Positions 1 to 13,088 of a stretch of 52,669 bases of DNA are shown one piece after another; position 1 is the first letter of the stretch, and each line of letters opens with the position of its first letter. Source of the stretch: Octopus bimaculoides (Eukaryota); contig NC_068988.1 of NCBI RefSeq assembly GCF_001194135.2, positions 60,389,264-60,441,932 of the forward strand, given 5' to 3'. Position numbers and translations under genes: made by a program. The notes under the pieces are model-generated. The model saw only the letters and a list, made by a program, of their open reading frames with translations, had not been told where the DNA came from and did no database searches.

Positions 1-70
1 TATATATATATATATATGTATGTATGTGTGTGTATGTATGTATGTATGTATGTATGTATGTACATGCATA
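1..70. repeat. (TA)n/(TATG)n microsatellite
   Basis: Direct reading of the sequence. Confidence 0.95.
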
Positions 71-2159
71 TATGGGTATAGGATGTCACAAACTGTAAAC
101 AACATGAAATACGAAAACAAATGAGTTGAATACGCAAACAACGAGATAAACAAATCGAAAACAGGACAAGTAACATAAAGAACGACCCTTCATCAGTTGA
201 CCGCTCTCCATCTACTCTTCGAGCATTGTACGACAGACAATATGAGTCTTCGAAGGCAGATGCTCCCAAAAAAGTGAAAATAAAATTTGGAATTTATGGC
301 GGGTCAAAGTTGGTAACAAAAACAGTATAGTGGAGAATACAAAAGAAATACAAACATGGATGGTCGTTAAACCAGACGAAGGTAGAACAGCAAACGCTGG
401 AGAAATATTTTCTTTGACAAAAGGAAATATAAAAGAGAGAGAGAGATAAAAGAGAGAGATAGATAAAAGAGAGAGATAGATAGGATACATGCAGTCTTTA
501 CATGAAGGAAAAAGGTGATCACGTGAAGCAAAGTAAGATGGACGATGGTCACGTGTGAGCAACGTGAGAAAGTAAAATAAAAAGAGGGAGAGATAGAGTT
601 AGACATAGAAAACGGTGAAGGGGAGAAAAAGGAATTAGAGAAAGAATGAGAGAGTAACAGATAAGGAAAGAGAACAATGTAGCGTTGAGTCGCATCAAAA
701 TATTAAGATAAACTTCCTTGGGAATGGATGCGTTGCGTTCAATCAGATAATAATATAAATAATATATATANNNNNNNNNNNNNNNNNNNNNNNNNNNNNN
801 NNNNNNNNNNNNNNATATATATATATATAATAGTTGTCTCTTTTTATGGACTGTTTTCAAGTATTTTTTTCAAATATTTAAAAAAAAATATTTTCTTTTA
901 ATTTAAAATTTTCTTCTAATCGTCTGATTAGAAACCTTTTTAGTTGGTGGACATCTGTTTTATTTTATTTTTACTTTTTCTATATTTGTCTATTAGGTTT
1001 CTTGGTAGTTTTTTTGATTTTTTATAATTTTTTTTCCCTTTATATGTGACTTTTTGATAGGTCGTTCTATTTGTATTTTATTCGATTATATATTTTTACT
1101 GTCTGTGATTTTATGTATATGCCTCATTTTTTATGTGTTTGGGAACCATGGTGTTTTTTTATATACGTAGTGCCTTCACCAGCACTACAACTATTCGACC
1201 TCATCTCTAGTAACTTATACAAAACAGATTATAACTATATACATACTTAAATATATGCATAATTTTAGTTCATGAAAAGTTTCTCTTGACTAAATTTCCT
1301 TCACACGCTTCAGCACGCAATAGCATATTTTCTCGATGGTTGTTATGTTTTGATGGTTGGTGTACATTCACACTTTCTTATTCACCTATTCGGTAACAAA
1401 CCTGGATATCACACATTCACTTTTCCCTTACGTTTGAAGTAATCATCCCTTTATCGACAAACTCTGTCCAAGTAATTAATATTTCATATTTCAATATATT
1501 TCCATTCTAAGTTATGTTTAAACAGCCAGCTATTAAATGCCGCCTCATTACAAACCCTTTAAATGTACCATTAAATAATCATAAAATCTTAGGTGAGCAA
1601 AGAGAATGTTGTACAAAGCAATTTATAATGTTTATGTAACAATTACAATTCCTCAGTAGAATAATGGTTTCCAACATTAATAGTAATTGTTTAATAAGTC
1701 TTGTTCTTCAACCTGATCGGGAAAAAGTTATTTTCATATTTAATGAATGCGTGCGACTGTGCGTTTATGTGTTCGTGTTTTTATGTGCTTTTATCATTTT
1801 GTGTAGGCATATTGATTTTTTGTGTAGTTTTACAGAGTTTGAAGAACTCTATAAAACTACAAAGAGTGTGTATTTGCATAGGTATATATGTGTGCATATA
1901 CGCTAGACGGCTTTTGTACCATGCTTACGTATCTGTGTATATGAGTATAAATTTTGTGTTTAATTTCTACGTATGTAAATCTCCATTTCTATGTTTGTTG
2001 GTGTATTTACTGTGCGAGTATATGCAGCATATTATTTTCTGCCATGTTTGGGGTTTGAACTCAATATAATCATACTTCCGATATTCAGATAAATAAGTGT
2101 TTCTTAATTACATCGTTCCAAGTTAAACTCTCTGTGAGTTATTCTTGTGTGCAAAACAG

Positions 2160-2338
2160 TGTGTGTGTATCATATATACATACACATGGATACACACACA
2201 TGTATACGCATGTATACACATGTATGTGTATGTATATACAACACCTACATGCATATATATGTGTGTATATATTTATTCATATACACATGCAAACTATCTA
2301 TTACTACACACGCCCTACAAACATGCATGTCTATATGT

Positions 2339-2388
<50 letters not shown>

Positions 2389-2420
2389 TCCCACATACAT
2401 GCATGCATGCATGCATATAT
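2160..2420. repeat. Degenerate (CA/TA/TG)n microsatellite field with a pure (TG)n core
   Basis: Direct reading; explains the spurious CVCV/YIHT ORFs at 2134-2475. Confidence 0.9.
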
Positions 2421-2608
2421 CTTGTGTGTACGACTACTACTGTATGAGTTAAGGTTCCGCATAGATTATCAATAACGAGTTAGCTTCCAGTTTAGTAGTT
2501 AGTCTACCACAGAAGTGTCACTAGTTATGATACACAGAGCATATGCAGGGAAACATTAAAATAAACAGAAGTAAGAATTATTAAGTCTTACGTACGTTTC
2601 ACCTTTGT

Positions 2609-3226
2609 GGAGGCACAATGGCCCAGTGGTTAGGGCAGCGGACTCGCGGTTATAGGATCGCGGATTCGATTCCCAGACCGGGCGTTGTGAGGGTTTATTG
2701 AGCGAAAACACCTAAAGCTCCACGAGGTTCCTGCGGGGGATGGTGGCGAACCCTGTTGTACTCTTTCACCACAACTTTCTCTCATTCTTACTTCCTGTTT
2801 CTATTGTGCCTGTAATTCAAAGAGTCAGCCTTGTCACACTGTGTCACGCTGAATATCCCCGAGAACTACGTTAAGGGTACACGTGTCTGTGGAGTGCTCA
2901 GCNNNNNNNNNNAGACCGGGCGTTGTGAGGGTTTATTGAGCGAAAACACCTAAAGCTCCACGAGGTTCCTGCGGGGGATGGTGGCGAACCCTGTTGTACT
3001 CTTTCACCACAACTTTCTCTCATTCTTACTTCCTGTTTCTATTGTGCCTGTAATTCAAAGAGTCAGCCTTGTCACACTGTGTCACGCTGAATATCCCCGA
3101 GAACTACGTTAAGGGTACACGTGTCTGTGGAGTGCTCAGCCACTTACACGTTAATTTCACGAGCAGGCTGTTACGTTGATCGGATCAATTGGAACCCTCG
3201 ACGTCGTAAGCGACGGAGTGCCAACA
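2609..3226 (+). mobile_element. tRNA-derived SINE, family A (octopus OK/OR-like); apparent length inflated by a gap-spanning duplication
   Basis: Head GGAGGCACAATGGCCCAGTGG (A box) and GATTCGATTCC (B box); tail GGAGTGCCAACA. 13-bp TSD ACGTTTCACCTTT at 2594-2606 and 3227-3239. Near-identical reverse copy at 12700-13088. Confidence 0.9.
2675..3140. other. 228-bp duplication (2675-2902 = 2913-3140) across a 10-N gap; probable assembly overlap artefact
   Basis: The two segments read identically and abut a minimal 10-N spacer. Removing one copy gives a SINE of about the length of the 12700-13088 copy. Confidence 0.85.
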
Positions 3227-6200
3227 ACGTTTCACCTTTACAGCTACTTGGAGGCTCACCATTGGCAGCCTACAACTTCAATGGATCATCATGGGATCAC
3301 TTTATTGCATTTATTGGATTCAGTTGCAGAGGTCAAATCTCTTTATTTCTCTCTCTATCTATTTATTTATCGATCTATCTATTTATCTATCTCCCTCTCT
3401 CACTTTCTCTCTGAGCAGATAAATATATATATATATCATGAACTTTTGTGATTTGTAAACTCAGTTACTGTTGATGTCTGAGTTCCTGAATGTATGAACA
3501 AATGACGATGAGAATTGTGACGATCATGCATTTTCTCAAAAACATTAACTTAACCACCCCTATGCTCACAGCAATGGAGAAAACATACTGCAGCACGGAA
3601 TTGAACCTATGTCACCGACACGGTTTGCTAGGAGGTTACATCTTCTGCAACTTCCTAGAAAGGTTGTAAGGAAGAGCAATAAATATAACGTCTAACGTTT
3701 TAAAATTTTCCTTGAGTCTCGGTCTCTTTTTCTTTCTCTTTTTTCGTCGCTTCTTTGAATCTCATATGATTCTAACACAGTAATCGTAGAAATTAAATGA
3801 TTTCCTGTTAAAAGAGCAAAGCTGAATGATGGAAATGTGCTTTTGATTTACTCCCAGATGGAAATGTTCTTACGACTTGCTAAAGAATATTGGATTGCAC
3901 GGAATTCATAGTATACAACATCAAAATGCAAAACACGTCCATAGCTTGATATAAATGGAATATTTATCTGACGTTCCAACTTCTAAGCAGTTTTCTTTTT
4001 TTTGGTAGGGAGGGGGTATTTGATGAGTGAGGAGCAAATTCAAAGTAATGATGGTGAATTTTATGAAAAATCATTAGTTGGCTTCACTAGTTCTGGTCTA
4101 CTTAGTATTTCATGCGGAGAAAGAAGTTCTTGACAGAGAGATACTTTGTATCACTCTGATGAATGGGTTTCTTTTCGAAGAGAAATTTCTTTGACAAGAA
4201 TTATTACGCAGAGAGAATAATTCCAACCATTTGCGTTTCAGGGATTTTTTTATGTTCACTTTACGCTGATAATGTTTTCATTTATTTTTCCCTCGTTTTG
4301 TTTTTCTTTTTCATTTTGTTAGATTGGTTAGCTCATTTCTGAAAATGAAAGAGTGTTCTGTATTAACATTCCATTTATTTGATACTGACGAACAAATGGA
4401 TATCTCTGACGAAAATAAAGTTTGGCATGCATATTTTTTGCTTTCCTTTATTAACCAAGATGCAGCAAATGTCTGTTGTAACGAGCAACAATAGTTTCTC
4501 GATAAACCAACCTTGTTTCCTTTATAAACTTGAAATACATTAATTTGTTATATAATTAATGCTTTATTAATATTGTTTTCTGTTTTAGAAAAAGAAATAC
4601 GCAGCTTCCAAATCTCTGCATCCTATTTCTGATATTGCACTATAAAAATTGTTTGTTAACCGTTTAAAGCAACAGGATGTTACTTTCATTTGCAAAAAGC
4701 CTAAGTACCTTTTATAGAAATATAAGGTCTCGGATTCTCCTGTAACCTCCTGGTACTATTTTCCGGACATCCACTTGATCACTTAAAGAAATATGGAATC
4801 TTATTCTGTATGGTAGTATGATTTGCATGAAAAGCCCCAATATTCTTCATCAAATGAAATCGTGCTGTTTTAAAAAGGAGTAATACACTGAATATTGTCG
4901 GGAAAAATAGATGAGTTGGTCACGGTTGAGATGACTACTGAATTTCGTGAGCAAAAGATTTTCAATTATATTGTAAAGCTGTAAAGGTATTGCCGTCGTG
5001 ATGGTCATGTAGGGAAGATGGTTAACGAACGTGATAGAATATTTGAATTAATATTTCATTTTAAACTTAACATTGGCCATTTAATTATATCTACTTTTGA
5101 AAAGGAAGGAAAGCAGCATATATTGCTGCTAACGGAATAGAAGAATGGAAACTGAGAATAAATAATGCAAGAACCTTGTTACTGACAGGAAATAAGATTC
5201 ATTCCGAAACAGTACTCCATTATTAATATACAAATGTATCCGGTTAACATCTGCACAGCTTATCTACCCAGTCACTGATATCAGTGTAATGTAGCATCTG
5301 TGGTGACTAAACCAACTTGGTGACGTGCCGTTTGAATAACGTGGTTCTGTTATATAGTATATACATGTCTGTTATAATATCCTTTAATAACAGATGTCTA
5401 AAACTTTGAATTTACTGTTTGTAATTACTGTATAGTAAAGGCCATCATAATTACTTATGTATTCAATGTATGCATAAAAATTGGAGTGAACAACACCAGC
5501 GTAGAATGTAATAAGCATTTAATTTTTGATAAGGCTGAAGAAACGGGGGCAGGGCTAATACAGTTTAATTAAAATCTGTTTAGGGATTACAATAAATTTG
5601 AATTACATTAAGGTGGTGTAAAATGAACTTTACAATCTAGAAGTAATGGAATTTACAACTCCATGATCGTGGGGAGGTGACAACCGTGCATCACGAACCT
5701 TTTCGCTGCGAAAATAGAATAATAAATCAAGAATGTTGATGGCTACATATTGCATTTATTTGACAAAATTTCCACGTTCTCTTATCAAAATATCCATCTT
5801 GAAACAAAGATCTTTATCTGGAAGGAGGAAAGTTTCGTTTCATTTGACACCTTACAGAGTACATATTGGTTGGTTTGTTTGGATATGAACTTTAGGAAAT
5901 AACGTGCAATAAGTGCAAGAAATAGTTTTCACGTAGTGAATAAACTTCAGATGAATCAGATGAAAATACCTGATTCATTTCCTGACATCGCATGGAATTT
6001 GTTCTGAAAGGTATTAAAGCTATATATGATCTCACAAAACGACATACTAATATTTGCAGCACCCAGGGAATAAGTTGAAGAATGGAGAAAATATACTTAA
6101 TGCTAAATTGAAAATGAAAAATCAATGTATCGATTAATCCAAATAAAGGCACTAATCATGTATTGTACATAGATTTGCTAGGATTGAATATTTCAAAGGA

Positions 6201-6635
6201 TGGGTTCGAACCATAAAATTAGTATCCGTAATTGAAAGAGGAAATTGAAAACTTTTTGGGAGTTGACCAACTACTTTACTAGTTAATACGAAAATCTGCA
6301 GATACATTAAATGCCTCTTCTTCAAGCAATAAAGAATGTTTACTTGAAAAATGCACCAAGAACATGTCTTTTAGGAAGCAAAAAATATCCTAAAGATTGA
6401 ACAGTGTTATTAACTTTCAGTGTGGATTGTGAAGCAATTCTTAATGTTAATTCTTTTAATAGGAGTAAAGTGTCAAAAAGAATAACACATAAGGCGTTAA
6501 TCATACAATTGATAGTATGAAAAGAAATTGAAGAAATGTTGAAAATGTAACATATCCAGGGCATGGAAGGCTAAAAGATTGAGATATTTTCTTTAAGGAA
6601 AAATCTTCAAACGGGGAACTGATAATGGGCTGTTG

Positions 6636-6673
<38 letters not shown>

Positions 6674-7617
6674 TTTACAAAGTAGTGGAATATTTTGAAG
6701 GGAACTTCTCATCAATTGCCAGATTGTCTTTCCTATTGTTACAATATGATTTCAAAATTTTATTTTATAAGCTTCGAAAAAGTACCATTCGTGCCTGTGA
6801 CCTTTGATGCATACTGTATAACGCAGACCAATTTGATATTTGTAGTCTTTACAAGCAATGCATGACATTCTAGCATATATAATAATAGACTAATTTCTGT
6901 TAATGCTCAGACGTTTGAAGACAACAAATGCCTTGCAAAGAGATCGGAATCTAAGGCCCAAACAGGTTTGAACAAGAAATAATGAAGAATATACGACTTC
7001 TTGTTTAGCAGCCTAATCTGATTTTTTTCTGACAGAAACACCCTGGGTTAAAGCGAGGCACATATTTGTTTAGATAAAGATACGAACACGTTTGTCGCCA
7101 TCTATAAATTCTACATTTCTGTTAACAGAACTTGAAATTATACATTATCATAGAGTAGAAAAAAACATTCTGCTCGCCAGATATTCTTTTAATATCACCG
7201 AGGAAAAATTTTCGAATTATTTAGTGAAGAAGCACATGCAATCAGACGTGCAAATGTATGTAAATATGAATGTATATATGAATGCAAACATGTATGCATG
7301 TATATGTTCGAGGTAGGTAATTCTACTCCATTACTACTCATTCTAAATTTCTAGCTCCATTTGATCTTTCAGATAACAGCAGAATTGACTTCAGGAATAA
7401 CGCGACCTGAAACCATGTGCTCATGCTGTTGCACATTAGAATCGGAACCGAATCCATATATTTGTGATGTGAGATTTTTAATCACGCGCTCACGTCTATA
7501 ATTCGATGAAGACGTCTTGTTTCTAAGTTGAAGACTGACTGTTTTGATATTGGTGATAAAAGTGATACTAACACCAGAAGAACATATATTAATATGGATA
7601 TGGACACATATATCAAA

Positions 7618-7685
7618 CAGACCGAGACTATAGTAGAGGCTATACCCGTATCAGACCAAGGCTATAGTAGAGTCTATACCCATAT
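7618..7685. repeat. Two-copy tandem repeat, 34-bp unit
   Basis: CAGACCGAGACTATAGTAGAGGCTATACCCGTAT followed by CAGACCAAGGCTATAGTAGAGTCTATACCCATAT. Confidence 0.9.
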
Positions 7686-8316
7686 CTGAACGGTTCTCTA
7701 AACATATAAATTAAATAACGATTTCTGAAGAAAACTTGCATAACAAGTTAAAATTTGATCAAGGAACTACAAACAGATTACACTTGCTTATATCTGACAG
7801 ATAGGACATATATGTAAAGTATGCTAAATGAACAAATCGTATAGCGATTTGAAGACAAAAATCTCAGAAATTTCAAGAAAATTTTCCGCCTGACTACGCA
7901 CGCATATAAGTGGCTGGGAGACTGCAAACAAGTTGTTCGTAAACGTTCATGCTAGCATTTCATGTAGCTTCTTAATTTTCGTATTTTATGTAGAAGCTAA
8001 TCCTCAGATTTTGAAAAAAAAACAATGACATAACCATAGATGAACAGAAGTATAACGAAAGAAAAATCCGCACATATACACACAAATGCTTGAAAATACG
8101 TATATATTAATAGACTTGTTATTGATGGATGGAAAAATAAAAACAAATCATTTCATTCCTTTATCTGGGATTAGTGGAAGGATTGGAATAGATTATTGCT
8201 ATTTATATGACCTTTTAATTACTCGTGTAACCACAGAATTGGTTATATGACGGTTGCCCACGGCAGATTATGTTCGTATATGATACCCCAATGTATGTAT
8301 GTGTGTATATGTATAT

Positions 8317-8527
8317 GTCGAAGCGAAGAGCTTCGATACGCTCTGGTCGGCTATTAATTGCAACAGAAACTATGAAAAACCGTTAAATATAAGGAAAGTA
8401 ACTCTAATAAATGCAAGAAGAAAAAGATAAAAAAATATGATAAAAATATACATAAAAATGTACACAGACATATTCTTACAAAAATTAACATGCATACAGA
8501 TAAACAACCTGCATTCACAACGTCTAT
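8317..8527 (-). mobile_element. Inverted copy of the PLE terminal-repeat-like segment at 10471-10685, including a degenerate partial hammerhead
   Basis: Reverse complement reads ...CCTTATATTTAACGGTTTTTCATAG...TAATAGCCGACCAGAGCGTATCGAAGCTCTTCGCTTCGAC, homologous to about 10604-10685. 8500-8527 also matches 10471-10496. Confidence 0.75.
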
Positions 8528-8751
8528 ATTCGTAAGCACGCAGACAAACATGTATACGTAAATGTATACATGTACACACACAAACATATACGTATGCACG
8601 TACTCATACATACACACACACATATACAGACATGCATATCTATATAAATGAAGGGGGCGCGTGAACATGAAAATCGCACATATGCACCAGACACAGTCTT
8701 ACACTCATATGGATACCTATGCACGCACACATATATACACACACTAACATA

Positions 8752-8783
<32 letters not shown>

Positions 8784-9447
8784 ANNNNNNNNNNNNNNNN
8801 NNNNNNNNNNNNNNNNNNNNNNNNNNNNNNNNNNNNNNNNNNNNNNNNNNNNNNNNNNNNNNNNNNNNNNNNNNNNNNNNNNNNNNNNNNNNNNNNNNNN
8901 NNNNNNNNNNNNNNNNNNNNNNNNNNNNNNNNNNNNNNNNNNNNNNNNNNNNNNNNNNNNNNNNNNNNNNNNNNNNNNNNNNNNNNNNNNNNNNNNNNNN
9001 NNNNNNNNNNNNNNNNNNNNNNNNNNNNNNNNNNNNNNNNNNNNNNNNNNNNNNNNNNNNNNNNNNNNNNNNNNNNNNNNNNNNNNNNNNNNNNNNNNNN
9101 NNNNNNNNNNNNNNNNNNNNNNNNNNNNNNNNNNNNNNNNNNNNNNNNNNNNNNNNNNNNNNNNNNNNNNNNNNNNNNNNNNNNNNNNNNNNNNNNNNNN
9201 NNNNNNNNNNNNNNNNNNNNNNNNNNNNNNNNNNNNNNNNNNNNNNNNNNNNNNNNNNNNNNNNNNNNNNNNNNNNNNNNNNNNNNNNNNNNNNNNNNNN
9301 NNNNNNNNNNNNNNNNNNNNNNNNNNNNNNNNNNNNNNNNNNNNNNNNNNNNNNNNNNNNNNNNNNNNNNNNNNNNNNNNNNNNNNNNNNNNNNNNNNNN
9401 NNNNNNNNNNNNNNNNNNNNNNNNNNNNNNNNNNNNNNNNNNNNNNN

Positions 9448-10376
9448 GTAGACAACAGCGCATATTCATAATTCCTACATAACAATATTATTAGTAACTA
9501 CTCTAAAACTAGACCACAAGTTTATAATGACACTAATAAAGAAGCTAGGGTCATCGCCGCTAGGTTTCAATTCGATAAAAAAATATAGGTCCTTCCAAAA
9601 AACAGGCCTTTATAACTATTAAGGACCATAAAAAGAACTTCCTATCTAACCCTAAATGCAAACCAATTAACCCTGCAAAATCAGAAATTGGTATAATTAG
9701 TAAGAAAATTTTTTTTTTTTAATTTAATGCTAAAGTTAGAGAGGCAACTAATTTACTACAATGGTCCAATAGTATAGAAGTTGTTAACTGGTTTAAAGCA
9801 ATTAAAAATAAGAATAAAGCCAGACTTACACAATCTCATATTGTAGATTTCCATGCATCTATTTATAAAAGACTGTTGGATAAACCAAGCTCGTATACCT
9901 TGTTAGATAAAGCTCTCACTTTCACAGGCGATTTTACAGAGATTAGTAAACAAGGTAATAGAAACACCTTACTCTTCAACGACAACGCAGAGTGGGTCAA
10001 GACAGCAGATCCAGACCGTTCATTCGATATGTGCATGGGGTCATATGATGGAGCATACATAGACGATTTCTTTGGACTATTCCTGCTCGACACGTTAGGA
10101 AACGCTTTTCCTGGTGTATATTTCACTAATTATAGGGACGATGCTCTAGCTTTAACTAAGAATACCAATGGACCAGCGCAAGATCGTTTAAAGAAGGATA
10201 TTATGCAACTTATGAAAGCATTCGATCTGAGCATAACAATACATTCCAACGTGACAGTTTTCAATTTCCTTGGCGTATCTCTAAATTTGCAAGAGAATAT
10301 CTATAAACCCTATAGAAAGCTCAACCATAGACTTAGTTATATCAATGTAGGTTCCTACCCCCGCCATAGTGTTTAA
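9448..10376 (+). pseudogene. Penelope-like retroelement reverse transcriptase, frameshifted fragment
   Basis: Motifs AFITIKDHK, INPAKSEIGIISK, SFDMCMGSYDGA, NYRDDAL (YxDD) and FNFLGVSLNL..YKPYRK match the PLE RT type with an FDVTMGSYDGAE signature. Longest open piece is 9876-10376; 5' end is lost in an N gap. Confidence 0.85.
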
Positions 10377-10643
10377 GAATTTAGTCAAATTTGTGTGTGT
10401 GTATGAACACGTACATAATATATGTGTGTGTTGCATGTACGTATACATGTTTGTGTGCGTGTGTACGTATGTAGACGTTGTGAACGCAGGTGGTTTATGT
10501 GTATATATGTTATTTTTTGTGAGTGTATAGTTGTGCGTATATGCTTATAAATATATTTATCATGTTTTTATCTTTTTCTTTCTGCAACTATTAGAGTTAC
10601 TTCCCTTATATTTAACCGTTTTTCGTAGCGACTGTTGCCGTTA

Positions 10644-10702
10644 ATAGCCGATGAGAATGTATCGTAGTTCTTCGCTCTGGCATTAGAAACTCTGAGTACT
10701 AT
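10644..10702 (+). ncRNA. Type I hammerhead ribozyme-like motif with U4C core variant
   Basis: Stem I ATAG/CTAT; core CCGATGA; stem II GAATG...CATTA (imperfect); GAAA; stem III CTC-T-GAG; GTA cleavage triplet. Lies downstream of and co-oriented with the PLE RT. Confidence 0.6.
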
Positions 10703-12699
10703 AATGACAACCGTGTATTGTTTGTTCTAAGTTATAGCATTTAAAATAATCCTCTAATTCTACAAATATCGAGGGCTCATTCTTTTGTTGTTATGCATAT
10801 TATGTTATNNNNNNNNNNNNNNNNNNNNNNNNNNNNNNNNNNNNNNNNNNNNNNNNNNNNNNNNNNNNNNNNNNNNNNNNNNNNNNNNNNNNNNNNNNNN
10901 NNNNNNNNNNNNNNNNNNNNNNNNNNNNNNNNNNNNNNNNNNNNNNNNNNNNNNNNNNNNNNNNNNNNNNNNNNNNNNNNNNNNNNNNNNNNNNNNNNNN
11001 NNNNNNNNNNNNNNNNNNNNNNNNNNNNNNNNNNNNNNNNNNNNNNNNNNNNNNNNNNNNNNNNNNNNNNNNNNNNNNNNNNNNNNNNNNNNNNNNNNNN
11101 NNNNNNNNNNNNNNNNNNNNNNNNNNNNNNNNNNNNNNNNNNNNNNNNNNNNNNNNNNNNNNNNNNNNNNNNNNNNNNNNNNNNNNNNNNNNNNNNNNNN
11201 NNNNNNNNNNNNNNNNNNNNNNNNNNNNNNNNNNNNNNNNATATATATATATATAGTCATACATACATAAAGAGATTGCGATGAAAAACGTGATTTTCTT
11301 ATCTAAATCAGGTGCAGCTCTTCCTAATTATCCGCAAAAAATATAACTTCCACTGAATCGTAATGCTGAGGCTAAAATTATTTGGAGTACTACCTTTAGG
11401 AAGATATGTCTTCTCGGTCATAGCAAGGCTACAAACGTACAGGAATGCATCCACACTTGTAAAAAAAAATTTAAATTAAAATATTGGCATTATATTCTCA
11501 TAAAAACTACAACTCGGTACATACACAACAGTTTGAAACTAAGATTACAAAGTTTCAATGAATATTTGATTAGTCATCATGTGTGTAACCTGAACTCAAC
11601 AATACAACAGGTTCTACCATTTTGTCTTTTGTTCATAATAATGAAAAGTCAACTTGAATTAATGAAGAAATGTAAAACTGTCTAATCAAAAAGATGCTAT
11701 GATAGTAATGCGACGATCGCATCTTTGGTGTTCACTTATTAAAGGAAGCACGTATTAGTCTGTCTGTTAGTTTGATCTTAGCCGCTCATTATAATCAATG
11801 TTAAAATATTGTTAACAATTTAAACGTCTGTAATCGTCAAAAGTTTAAATCATGGCAAAATCAATGATGTCTTCATTTACTCTACGACCTGTTGCCAGTA
11901 ATTATCATTTATAACTAATCGAGTTCGTTGCTGTTTGATTTCTATGAAGTAAAAATGAAACTCTTAGACAATCTGGCGAACAAAAATTGCATATGATAGT
12001 GATAAAATCATTCGAGATTGTTGCACACGAGTACAACTTTTGGAAAGTAACATTGTCCAACATCAACAATCTAACACCTGCGGTTGAGAAAGTTATGAAC
12101 AAAAACGACTTGGCATGCATTAGCAATATCAAATGTAAAGCCAGTAAAAGACGAATGACAGAACCAAGCAATATTTCTTCTTGGTTTTCATAGAAGCACG
12201 AAAATCAGATTCCTGTCTCTGATCAGATGTTTGAATTCACACCAGTGAAGCAAAGAGAGAGTCATATTACATTCACTGGGCTGATCACAGCGTTTTAAAA
12301 TCGCCAAGATGTCAGGTAACGCAGCATTTTAGAAGAATTGGAAACGTTACAATGCTTTGTCCAAGAAATGAATAAGATTGAACAATTGTTTTCAATACTG
12401 TAGAAGATTAATTGTTTTATCGCGCATTGCTGAACAAGTGTAATGCGCCGACCTAAGAAATAGAGACATTAAGATATAAAGTACGAATGTATCAGATTTT
12501 TCGTTTCTCTTTCATCACTTCTACGTTTCTCATCCTGATTTCTGGAAGAAATTTACTCGCCGTTCGATGAAATTTAACAAGCGCTATGCTCAATCACAGC
12601 ACAAGGTCACACAATATATAAGGCAACCAATTTAAATCAAGTAATGTTTTATATCATATATTATCACTTCAAAGATTAATTGGCCAATCAGGGAATCAT

Positions 12700-13088
12700 A
12701 TGTTGTTGTTGGCACTCCGTCGCTTACGACGTCGAGGGTTCCAGTTGATCCGATCAACGGAACAGCCTGCTCGTTAAATTAGCGTGCAAGTTGCTGAGCA
12801 CTCCACAGACACATGTACCCTTAACGTAGTTCTCGGGGATATTCAGCGTGACACAGTGTGACAAGGCTGGCCCTTTGAAATACAGGTACAACAGAAAGAG
12901 GAAGTAAGAGTGAGAGAAAGCTGTGGTGAAAGAGTACAACAGGGTTCGCCACCATCCCCTGCCGGAGCCTCGTGGAGCTTTAGGTGTTTTCGCTCAGTAA
13001 ACACTCACAACGCCCGGTCTGGGAATCGAAACCGCGATCCTACGACCGCGAGTTCGCTGCCGTAACCACTGGGCCATTGCGCCTCCAC
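12700..13088 (-). mobile_element. Full-length tRNA-derived SINE, family A
   Basis: Reverse-complement homolog of the 2609 copy, with A/B boxes and a (CAA)n tail. 11-bp TSD CAGGGAATCAT at 12689-12699 and 13089-13099. Confidence 0.92.

Noticed and set aside
150-262. CTGATGA hammerhead core on the minus strand near 190-196, with possible type II pairing
   Set aside because: No canonical GAAA in the right position, and stem I would need extra insertions; too many deviations to call.
2675-3140. Apparent dimeric SINE or tandem duplication
   Set aside because: The identical 228-bp copies flank a 10-N spacer, the typical signature of an unmerged contig overlap. A single TSD pair encloses both.
5880-6560. 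Possible decayed GIY-YIG (EITCNKCKK*F) or MULE-like (LQAIKNVYLKNAPRTCLL) fragments
   Set aside because: Only short isolated motif resemblances among many stops, with no ordered motif series.
11905-12193. Overlapping ORFs on both strands
   Set aside because: No recognisable domain or splice support; the lengths are plausible by chance.
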